Assembly: GCA_023301565.1 (NCBI GenBank)
Contig: JALZUO010000034.1
Coordinates: forward strand, 3,621 to 67,620
Reading direction: 5' to 3'
Length of the DNA stretch: 64,000 bases
Source: Oligoflexales bacterium
Lineage (GTDB): Bacteria > Bdellovibrionota_B > Oligoflexia > Oligoflexales > JALZUQ01
Shown here: positions 29,158 to 37,051 of the stretch, piece by piece
Layout of the letters: each line of letters opens with the position of its first letter
How positions within the stretch are numbered: the first letter of the stretch is position 1
The notes under the pieces: model-generated
Database searches by the model: none
The model's input: the letters and a program-made list of their open reading frames with translations, nothing else
Told to the model about the DNA's origin: nothing
Made by a program: the position numbers and the translations under genes

Positions 29158-30216
29158 GTGCAGGAACATATAGAAAGACTGCGTAGCGAATCTTTTGAGG
29201 CTGCTACTGAGCAAAATAGTTTTGTAGAGTTAGCCGAGCTTGAGTGTTGGTCTGCTTTAGAAGAGATCCTTCAATTTAATCCAGATCTTTCCGTTACAGA
29301 AAACAAGTCAAGACAGCTAACGCTACTCTTGCTGTCTATCGAATTTCGGATGCCTACCGACTTTATTCAGGCCCCCTTATTGACGCTTGTTTCAAAAACA
29401 CAAATGTCTTATGACGAGGTTGAAACATCCGTACTTGAAAAGTTAAGGCTTTCTAGGAGTTGGAAGTTAGAATCTGACTTGCTTCATGCGGTATACGAGT
29501 CTTTCGCAGAGCATCAAAGCCAAGTAAAAAGCCTGGAGAGAGTTTGTTTTTTACTCGAAAAAAATGGGTATGCTGGTATAGATCTACCAAAATACTATGA
29601 GTCCTTGTTGAGGTTGAGTCCGTCGAGTAAACAAGCTCTAAATTTTTTTAAGGTCTTTTTCTTGCAAGAAAAGCGGTACAAAGAGGCCAAAGCAGTTTCA
29701 GAAAGATTGATTGGATCGCTTGGTAGCCCTGTTGCTAAGGCGACCGAAATACATGATCTATGTGGTATTTTGCTGCATAAATTAAATGAGCCAGAGCAGG
29801 CTCTTGAAGTTTTAGAAAGCATTCCGAAAACTGCTGGCTTAGACAGTTCTGGTCTGCGTTTTGATTGCTTTGTTAGTTTGGGTAGTTACGATGAAGCAGA
29901 AGAAATCCTCTTGGACGCCATCTCAGCTGTTCCAGAGAGTGAGCCAGGGCAAAAGCTTTTACTAAGAAGGCGGCTGCTTGGGCTGTACGAACTTAGCAAA
30001 CGGGAAAAAGACGCATTAGTAGTTGCAGAACACCTAATGGAAGAAGAGTCTTTAGAGATGAAAGCACTTGAATACTTGGTGAGCCATAGTTTAGAAGGGA
30101 AAAAATGGCCTAGGGTGGATTTTTTACTACAGAGCTTAAAGAAGAGCTTAGGTACTGATAGAAAAAAAAGACAGATCGAGATCACCTTAAAAAGACTTCA
30201 GGACTCTCTTGTATGA
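29158..30216 (+). CDS. Hypothetical helical-repeat (TPR-like) protein
   Basis: GTG start 19 nt after the tetR stop. All-helical, with TPR-like stretches (EKRYKEAKAVSERL, PEQALEVLESI, GSYDEAEEILLDAI). No signal peptide or TM. Confidence 0.55.
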   Translation: MQEHIERLRSESFEAATEQNSFVELAELECWSALEEILQFNPDLSVTENKSRQLTLLLLSIEFRMPTDFIQAPLLTLVSKTQMSYDEVETSVLEKLRLSRSWKLESDLLHAVYESFAEHQSQVKSLERVCFLLEKNGYAGIDLPKYYESLLRLSPSSKQALNFFKVFFLQEKRYKEAKAVSERLIGSLGSPVAKATEIHDLCGILLHKLNEPEQALEVLESIPKTAGLDSSGLRFDCFVSLGSYDEAEEILLDAISAVPESEPGQKLLLRRRLLGLYELSKREKDALVVAEHLMEEESLEMKALEYLVSHSLEGKKWPRVDFLLQSLKKSLGTDRKKRQIEITLKRLQDSLV

Positions 30217-31067
30217 AGAGAGTCTGCGGCTTGCTCCCAAGCGCATATAGAACCGAGCAAAATACTCTAAGCCTCTTGATGCAAGCTAAATCTTTATTAG
30301 GCGGTTTTCCAAGAGTCAGGTTTGATGGTCGAGTAGCTCAAGACCACAAGAAGATTGTGTCAGAAATAAACGAAATAGGCTGGCATACCCCCGGGCTTTT
30401 GGAGAGTGAAGACTTTCAAAAAGCATATGAACTCGAAGACTTTCAATGTTTTCAAGAGTCAGGTCAATACTTTTCATCTGTTAAAGATCTTTTGAGTCCC
30501 CAGGTAGAGAGTTTGAACGGCTGCTACTTAGATGCTTTGGAGCTTTTTCGTAGCGAAATTGAGTTGCTAGAAAAAAGCGTGCGATTGATTTTAAATTTTC
30601 CAGTTGTGAGCGCAGGCAAGCAGTTCTTTTCATCTCCCCAAGAGATTCTACTTGAAGAAATTACGCTGCATCTAAAAAAGCCACTTAGAAAATCACCTCT
30701 AAAGTCCCAAGCTCACTTTATTGCAGCGCTAGATTCTTTTCGCAGGTTTGAAGATGCTTTTTACTCATCACTTTTTCTGCTATACCCTTTGCATAAAAAC
30801 CTGGAATCTACCAGGCGGTTTGGTCCCTATAGCGATGGGGATGTCAACTTTTCTGACCTTGCAGAGTTCAGTAAATACGAGCTTTCTAAGCCAATATTAG
30901 CTTCTAGTTTTTCGCAGATACTAATGCTCCGTGTTGCCTTTTTAGGGAAGCTTGAGCAGGAAATTATCTATATTCCGCGGGTGCTTGCCGATCAAGAGCG
31001 CTTTGCGCCGAAAGACGGGTTTTGGATTGTTTCTGCAAAAGGGATTGAGGAGATCACTGCGTTATGA
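30213..31067 (+). CDS. Hypothetical protein
   Basis: ATGA overlap with the upstream ORF (translational coupling). No recognisable motif. Confidence 0.55.
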   Translation: MKRVCGLLPSAYRTEQNTLSLLMQAKSLLGGFPRVRFDGRVAQDHKKIVSEINEIGWHTPGLLESEDFQKAYELEDFQCFQESGQYFSSVKDLLSPQVESLNGCYLDALELFRSEIELLEKSVRLILNFPVVSAGKQFFSSPQEILLEEITLHLKKPLRKSPLKSQAHFIAALDSFRRFEDAFYSSLFLLYPLHKNLESTRRFGPYSDGDVNFSDLAEFSKYELSKPILASSFSQILMLRVAFLGKLEQEIIYIPRVLADQERFAPKDGFWIVSAKGIEEITAL

Positions 31068-32722
31068 CTAACCGTGGAGTACTCGATCTGAGTATGTGTC
31101 CGTCTAGCCTGTATTCATCACAGGGTATGCGGTGGCTAAAGCCTCGGCTGGCTGAGCTTGAAGGTGCCGAGTATGTGTTGATACATGCGCCAAAATCCTG
31201 TGGTGATCACTCTTCTAGCTGGATCAATTGGCTGGAAAATAAAGCTGACAGGCACCTTTTGCAAAAAGACCTAGGCGAGTTGCGTGGTCGACTGCGCGAA
31301 TTTTTTTCTCAGCGCAGCGTTATTGGTTTTGTTGAAGGGTCGGTAACGGGAAGTTTTTTTGACTTACTTCTTTTTTCACAGGCAATTCTAACAAAGTCCA
31401 CCAACTTCCATCTGGGGTTCCCGGCAGCAAAAGTCGGGACTTTTCCTGCATTAGGTGGGTTAGAGGTTTCGTCGATTAAAGGGGTTCGGGCCTTAGCGTG
31501 GGAAAAGTCTCCAACCACAGCGGAGTTGGTGAAAAAAAGAATAGTACTACACAACCCGTTTGCGAGTTTGGATTGGGACTTCCAGTCTTTTGTGCCTGAA
31601 TATAAGAATTCTGAAAAGAAAAAGTGGTTTGGGCAATTACGGCAAAGCAAGAGCAAAGATTTGCCAAATGAATTGGGTACTGACTCCTTATGGAGCCACA
31701 AATCGGCAATATATAGGAAAACAAAATTTTCGAAAGTGCATCAAGATGAGGGTGTTTATCAAAAGTTATTAGTCAGCCAGTTTTTTCAAAATAAATATCA
31801 GTCTTTTTTAAGCCGCTTTATTTCTCAGGAGCAAGATAGTGAGGATCGCAGGCCTATCTCAGTACAGGTAGCTGTAGATTCAGCCGCGATACCGCGTAGG
31901 TTTTTGAAACTATTTTTTGTTTCCCCCATGTGCAGGCAAGTATATTTTCATGCTGGCGATACTCAAACCTTATCTGAGAGCGTGTACTTTTTGCGAGAAA
32001 GGTACGACGAGAAAAGCTCTGGTGGTCAGTCGATTTGGAGAAAAAAAGCGTCTTTTTATGTCGGCTCAGACATCAACGAAAATATTCCTAACTTTATTTG
32101 GAGCTCATCCGGGCATTTTGTCGTTCAGCAAAACGGAGAACATGTTCAGTTTTATCACTTAGACCCGACCGGATCTTTGGTGGAGGTGATAGATTCATCT
32201 GAAAATCCCAAACAGCTTTTTTCTTTGCTTAAATCAATAGGTATCCAGAATATTCAGGTGCCGAATTTGATTGATGGCCTGCCGCTCACTGTGTTAGCTC
32301 AGTCTGCTGTGTTTCAGTCACTAAGCGAGCTGTCTCAAAACACGGGCCTGCCGTTCTCATTTTTTGTTAAACAGTTGAAGAGCCGTGAGTGGAAGCTTGC
32401 CGGGTCTTTGCGCCAGTGGTCAACTTTTTTGAACAGGCGTTTTTTGTATTTTAGTCACTTTAGAGATAATCCAAAGCTTGCCGATTTTGGTTTAGATGCT
32501 GCTCTTTTCGAAAAGGATTATGTGGACAATTTACGCCCCAAAAGTATTAGCGACGAAGAGGCCAGCCGCTGGAACCCGTATAGAATTGAAACGTGCGTTG
32601 TTAAAGATCTTGCCAAAAAAATTGGAAGAAAAATGAATCATAGCTATAAAGACCTGGGCTTACTTTCGATTGCTGCGGGGATACCGGTGGATTCTGGAAG
32701 GCTTATTCATGAGCTCTGGTAA
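31064..32722 (+). CDS. Hypothetical protein with a divergent crotonase (enoyl-CoA hydratase)-like N-terminal segment
   Basis: ATGA overlap with the upstream ORF. Residues ~85-135 (VIGFVEGSVTGSFFDLLLFSQAILTKSTNFHLGFPAAKVGTFPALGG) follow the crotonase-fold pattern but with a non-canonical oxyanion segment. The remaining ~380 aa are unassigned. Confidence 0.5.
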   Translation: MTNRGVLDLSMCPSSLYSSQGMRWLKPRLAELEGAEYVLIHAPKSCGDHSSSWINWLENKADRHLLQKDLGELRGRLREFFSQRSVIGFVEGSVTGSFFDLLLFSQAILTKSTNFHLGFPAAKVGTFPALGGLEVSSIKGVRALAWEKSPTTAELVKKRIVLHNPFASLDWDFQSFVPEYKNSEKKKWFGQLRQSKSKDLPNELGTDSLWSHKSAIYRKTKFSKVHQDEGVYQKLLVSQFFQNKYQSFLSRFISQEQDSEDRRPISVQVAVDSAAIPRRFLKLFFVSPMCRQVYFHAGDTQTLSESVYFLRERYDEKSSGGQSIWRKKASFYVGSDINENIPNFIWSSSGHFVVQQNGEHVQFYHLDPTGSLVEVIDSSENPKQLFSLLKSIGIQNIQVPNLIDGLPLTVLAQSAVFQSLSELSQNTGLPFSFFVKQLKSREWKLAGSLRQWSTFLNRRFLYFSHFRDNPKLADFGLDAALFEKDYVDNLRPKSISDEEASRWNPYRIETCVVKDLAKKIGRKMNHSYKDLGLLSIAAGIPVDSGRLIHELW

Positions 32723-33581
32723 CAGTTTTTTCTCAAAGTTAGAGGCACTACAAGCTAAAAATAAGTCGCACCTTATGGTCGGGATCGACCCGAGAGTTCC
32801 TAGTGATAGCGAGGCGTTTCTTAAGAGCGAATGGGTTCGACTTGGTGTTTATCAATATCTTAAGCAGTTTGTAAAAAGTATTGTCGACGCGTGTAGGGGA
32901 GAGGCGGCATCTGTAAAGATGCAAAGCGCTTTTTTTGAAATGCATGGGGTGGATGGGGTACGGGCTCTGTTGGAGGGTGTTGAATTCATCCATGACAGAG
33001 GCATGCTTGTTCTTTTAGATGCCAAGCGTGGTGATATAGCAACTACGATGGAGGCATACTACAAGGCTAGTTTTGATCAGCTAAAAGCAGACGCCCTTAC
33101 AGTCCAGCTGTATATGGGGACGGATGTACTGAAACCTTTTTTTGACTCGGGTTTTTGGAAGAATTACGGCGTGTATGTAGTTTTGTATTCTTCGAATCCA
33201 TCTGCAAAAGAGCTGCAGAGGCAAACGCTTCTTTCTGGCAAAAGCTTTTTAGGGCATTTCACAGAGGCTATTAGTGCTTGCTGTCAGGGCGATGTCGACA
33301 AACTTAAATCTGTCGGTTACGTAGTCGGAGCAACAAATCCGGTAGAGTCATGGGCTAGTTTAGGGCTGGAAAAAAGCTCTTTGCTGCTGCCGGGGGTGGG
33401 GGCACAAGGAGGCAGCATAACTAAAAAGACTTTTGAACATTGCTATGGCCCTTCTACAAGCGTTCCTGTTTCTCGCGGGCTTCTTGCCGGCACTGGCAGC
33501 GCTGACTCGTGGGAGCACTTTCAAGCTCAGGTAAAGAAAAATGCAAAGAGCTTGAAGGCAAAAATAGGTTATTGTTTCTAA
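32709..33581 (+). CDS. pyrF: Orotidine 5'-phosphate decarboxylase (type 2)
   Basis: Motifs LMVGIDP, LDAKRGDIATT, LPGVGAQGG. ATG 32709 overlaps the upstream gene by 14 nt; the ORF extends to 32670. Confidence 0.85.
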   Translation: MSSGNSFFSKLEALQAKNKSHLMVGIDPRVPSDSEAFLKSEWVRLGVYQYLKQFVKSIVDACRGEAASVKMQSAFFEMHGVDGVRALLEGVEFIHDRGMLVLLDAKRGDIATTMEAYYKASFDQLKADALTVQLYMGTDVLKPFFDSGFWKNYGVYVVLYSSNPSAKELQRQTLLSGKSFLGHFTEAISACCQGDVDKLKSVGYVVGATNPVESWASLGLEKSSLLLPGVGAQGGSITKKTFEHCYGPSTSVPVSRGLLAGTGSADSWEHFQAQVKKNAKSLKAKIGYCF

Positions 33582-33746
33582 AGCGAGGTAGAAACGACAC
33601 CGCCCTGTGGTAAATCAGCTACAGCAAAGTTTCTCTTAATCCCATAGTCTTTGAAAATAGCCTTTTGACACTCGATCAACACTCGTAAAACTCTTTTGTA
33701 AAAGTGTGGAAAAGGTTAAAAGACTTTTTTGCCACTAAAAAGGACG

Positions 33747-34637
33747 ATGGCCTTGTTGTTTAAGCTTTCTCAGTATCAATCGACTGTCTCGAGCCCCCTT
33801 GTGTTTCGTGGGGTTGGGGTCCATTCAGGCCATGTGTCAGAGCTACATGTGCTCCCAGCTGAACCAGGTAGCGGCATTGTATTTGAGCGTGGTGACTTGT
33901 CAGCAAAAAATTCTGAATTAAAAGGTTTTTCAGCTAGCGCAAAACACATTTTGTCGACAACCATGTGCACCACGGTTGGCTTAGACGCTGAGTATAAAAT
34001 TTCCACCGTAGAACACTTGCTTGCTGCCGTAAGTGGCGCGCAAATTGATAATATAAAAGTGATTGCGTCAGGCCCAGAAATCCCTGTATTGGACGGAAGC
34101 TCCAAAGAGTTTTTTTCTAGGCTTTCTGCGGCAAGAAAAATCCAGGACCCGCACAAAAGAAAATACTACCGCCTCAAAAAACAGGTCGCGCTTTCTCAGG
34201 GGCAAAGTACTCTAAAAGCAAAACCCGGCGACGCCTTGCGAATTCACTGTGTCATTGAATTTGAAAGTGCGAAAATTGGCAGACAAGAGCTCGTGTTTGG
34301 CGAAAGCAACAACCCGTTTGCAGAGGTAGCCTACGCCCGCACTTTTTGTAGTTTAGGCGATTTTGAAAAGCTAAAAGCCGCTGGTTTGGGCAAGGGTGGG
34401 TCCCTTGATAACGCTGTGGTTGTAGACGGCGACCATGTGCTTAACGAGGGTGGTCTGCGTAGTAATGACGAATTTGTCCGCCATAAAGTACTCGACGCTG
34501 TAGGAGATTTTTATCTTTTGGGTGCACCCTTGCTCGCTGATGTCTATTTGGAGCGCCCCGGTCATGGTCTGAACGCGCTTTTTACGAAGACGCTTTTAGA
34601 AAACAAAGATGATTACCTAGAAGAAATAGAGATTTAA
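33747..34637 (+). CDS. lpxC: UDP-3-O-acyl-N-acetylglucosamine deacetylase
   Basis: Motifs GVGVHSG, STVEHLLAA, EIPVLDGSS, HKVLDAVGD. An alternative TTG start lies at 33729. Confidence 0.9.
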   Translation: MALLFKLSQYQSTVSSPLVFRGVGVHSGHVSELHVLPAEPGSGIVFERGDLSAKNSELKGFSASAKHILSTTMCTTVGLDAEYKISTVEHLLAAVSGAQIDNIKVIASGPEIPVLDGSSKEFFSRLSAARKIQDPHKRKYYRLKKQVALSQGQSTLKAKPGDALRIHCVIEFESAKIGRQELVFGESNNPFAEVAYARTFCSLGDFEKLKAAGLGKGGSLDNAVVVDGDHVLNEGGLRSNDEFVRHKVLDAVGDFYLLGAPLLADVYLERPGHGLNALFTKTLLENKDDYLEEIEI

Positions 34638-34693
34638 ACCGGGTATATTTCTCCATGAAATGACCTCTTTACTTTCCAACGCGTCTATCCGAT

Positions 34694-34715
34694 GATTAAA
34701 TCATATGATCTAATC
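34694..34715. promoter_or_regulatory. 22-bp near-perfect palindrome (GATTAAATCAT|ATGATCTAATC) 13 nt upstream of the fic start; candidate operator
   Basis: The reverse complement of the left half differs from the right half at 1 of 11 positions. Read directly from the sequence. Confidence 0.4.
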
Positions 34716-34728
34716 ACGAGGGCTTTTA

Positions 34729-35694
34729 TTGTATAAACCACCCATCAACATTACACCTGATATTCTTTCTATTTGCTCTAAGATTGAGAAATTACTAGGT
34801 AAATATGAGGGGCTCGGCTGCCCTCAGCCAAAGCCTCAACTTAGGCGTTCTCACAAAATAAAGACTATTTGGTCAACGGTATCAATAGAGGGAAACAACC
34901 TTTATGAACATCAAGTAGAAACGGTGCTTGATGGTAAAAAAGTGGTTGGCCCAGACAAAGACATCCTTGAAGTAAAGAATGCTTTTGCCTGCTACGAAGA
35001 ATCAAAGTCCATGTCGCCAACTCTAGAAAAAGACTTCTTAAAAGCTCACAGAATCATGATGAAAAACCTCATCAACGATGCAGGTAAGTATCGAAATAAA
35101 AACGTCGGAATTTTAGGCAAGGGCGGAGTGCGACACATCGCCCCAAAACCTACTCTTGTTCCAAAACTAATGTCTGACCTTTTTAATTTTACCCAGGAAA
35201 ATAAAAACCTAAGCCCACTTGTGTTGTCCTCTGTGATGCACTATGAAATTGAATTCATTCACCCCTTCCAAGACGGCAATGGCCGGATGGGGCGATTTTG
35301 GCAACACCTACATTTGATAAAGTATCACGCTGCTTTTGACTTTGTACCTGTTGAATCACTGATATATGAGAGTCAAAAACAATACTACGAGGCACTTGCT
35401 AAATCCGATAAGGCTGGCGAAGCAACGGTATTTGTCCTCTATATTCTTGAAAAGATACATCACGGCTTAGACCTCTTTATAGCCAACGCAAATCGAATCA
35501 AGCACACAACCGAAAGTAGGTTGGAGGAGGCTTCTCAAAAATTGGGAACGGAATGGTTCAGTCGAGGGGCTTACAACAAGCTTCATAGTCAGGTCTCTTC
35601 AGCGACTGCTACTAGAGATCTGAAGGTTGGCGTAGAGTCAGAATTACTTGAGAGTAAAGGAAGCCTAAGGCTTGCGAAGTACCGATTTAAGTAA
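34729..35694 (+). CDS. fic: Fic family protein (class II, built-in inhibitory helix, C-terminal winged-helix-like tail)
   Basis: Fic motif HPFQDGNGRMGR (nt 35260-35295). N-terminal inhibitory motif TVSIEG matching (S/T)xxxE(G/N) (nt 34876-34893). TTG start. Confidence 0.85.
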   Translation: MYKPPINITPDILSICSKIEKLLGKYEGLGCPQPKPQLRRSHKIKTIWSTVSIEGNNLYEHQVETVLDGKKVVGPDKDILEVKNAFACYEESKSMSPTLEKDFLKAHRIMMKNLINDAGKYRNKNVGILGKGGVRHIAPKPTLVPKLMSDLFNFTQENKNLSPLVLSSVMHYEIEFIHPFQDGNGRMGRFWQHLHLIKYHAAFDFVPVESLIYESQKQYYEALAKSDKAGEATVFVLYILEKIHHGLDLFIANANRIKHTTESRLEEASQKLGTEWFSRGAYNKLHSQVSSATATRDLKVGVESELLESKGSLRLAKYRFK

Positions 35695-35835
35695 TGCTAT
35701 CGTGGGTAATTGCGTAGATTTAGTGATCTACAAAAAGGAGCAAGCGATGGGAATATGCACGTTCTGAAAAGGATTGAACTCCGTTCATGGGCCACGACAC
35801 TTGAAGACATATAGAATCAGCTGCAACCTCAGAGC

Positions 35836-36963
35836 GTGGCTGATTCTTTTGCATTTGGTATATCTGTCCTGCTGCTTTCGAGTGTTTTCTGCGCCGACCA
35901 GCATGTTGCTGTAGGTGTTTACCTCTCTGTGCCTCTGCTCTGTTTTTTTGTTACCCGGTTAAGGGTTATTTCCCCCGTTTTCTATCTGCTGCCTTTTTGC
36001 TTCTTTTTGGCTGTGCAAAGCGACTATAATTTTCCAGTGTTGGGGCAGATTTTTTCTCAAAAGACACATCTTGGGCTTATCTCTTTAATGAGACTGCATA
36101 CAAAACAGCTTCTTTCAGAGTTTGTGCATCAGTCGGAGGTAGGCGGAAAGTTCCTTAGCGCGTTTATGGTAGGCACCTCTTTAGACCCTGCCTCAAACGA
36201 ACTCTTTAAGCAGCTAGGCATTTACCACTTGGTAGTTGTATCAGGGCTTCACGTGCAGTTTTGTGCTTCTTTTATGCGGGCAGTGCTAGCTCCTATCAAC
36301 GTTTTTTTAAAGAACTCTAGGTCTAGGGTGCATTTGCGTGGTTTGGCGACTTTTTTAATCTGCTTGTTTTGCCTCTATTTTGTTTTTCTTTCCGAGGGCA
36401 GGGCTTCGGCAAAAAGGGCGCTTATTCTCCTAGCCTCAAAAGAGCTTTCAGACATTTTTTTTCCCGGCTTAAACCAAGTCCGGCTCTTTGTTTTTGTGTT
36501 TTTGATGCAGGCTAGTTTCTTTCCAGCCGATTTTTTTTCACTAGGGTGCCTTTTAAGTTGGAGTGCTTATTTTTTACTTTGGACTTCGCGCAAAGGGTGG
36601 AAGGGGCTGCTGGTTACAAACATCTGGCTGAGTCTTTTGGGGTTTTGCTTCTTTGGAGCCCTGCACCCGCTTTCGTTTTTGTGGAATTTTTTTATCACGC
36701 CTATTTTCAGTATTTTATTTTCGCTATCTTGGGCCGTATTTTTTTTAGAGGTTTTTTTTGAGCCACGACTGGTTTCCTGGTTTATGGGTCTTCCGGAGGT
36801 TGTTTTGACTGCTTTAGGCAGCCTCCATTCCTGTACAAGCTGGATGAACATTGGGCCTCAAGACCAGGCGTTCTTAGCAGTCCCGAGAGTCGCTTTTGCA
36901 GCCATCTTGTCGGCGGTGGCCTGTTATAGGGTTAATTATTTAAGTAAAAACGGGCAATTATAA
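35836..36963 (+). CDS. ComEC/Rec2-family membrane protein, competence-domain core only
   Basis: Polytopic membrane protein with the conserved ComEC block LFKQLGIYHLVVVSGLHV. Only 375 aa, with no beta-lactamase-fold C-terminal domain. GTG start. Confidence 0.65.
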   Translation: MADSFAFGISVLLLSSVFCADQHVAVGVYLSVPLLCFFVTRLRVISPVFYLLPFCFFLAVQSDYNFPVLGQIFSQKTHLGLISLMRLHTKQLLSEFVHQSEVGGKFLSAFMVGTSLDPASNELFKQLGIYHLVVVSGLHVQFCASFMRAVLAPINVFLKNSRSRVHLRGLATFLICLFCLYFVFLSEGRASAKRALILLASKELSDIFFPGLNQVRLFVFVFLMQASFFPADFFSLGCLLSWSAYFLLWTSRKGWKGLLVTNIWLSLLGFCFFGALHPLSFLWNFFITPIFSILFSLSWAVFFLEVFFEPRLVSWFMGLPEVVLTALGSLHSCTSWMNIGPQDQAFLAVPRVAFAAILSAVACYRVNYLSKNGQL

Positions 36964-36968
36964 CAGGC

Positions 36969-36996
36969 TTGACACTGCCTCTGAGAGACTTATGTT
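36969..36996 (+). promoter_or_regulatory. Sigma-70-type promoter candidate for dnaK (TTGACA-16 nt-TATGTT)
   Basis: Perfect -35 hexamer at 36969-36974 and TATGTT at 36991-36996, about 55 nt upstream of the dnaK ATG. Confidence 0.4.
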
Positions 36997-37051
36997 TGCT
37001 CAGTAAAGGTCCACCCGATAGGACTGCGGTGGAAGGATAAAGAGGAGAATC

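Noticed and set aside
31309-31701. 130-aa minus-strand ORF inside the 552-aa hypothetical gene.
   Set aside because: There is no start context or motif, and the + strand ORF is translationally coupled to its neighbours.
36964-37051. CIRCE element or sigma-32 promoter upstream of dnaK.
   Set aside because: There is no TTAGCACTC-N9-GAGTGCTAA-like inverted repeat and no CTTGAAA/CCCCATNT pair. Only a sigma-70-like TTGACA/TATGTT pair and a small CCACC...GGTGG hairpin are present.
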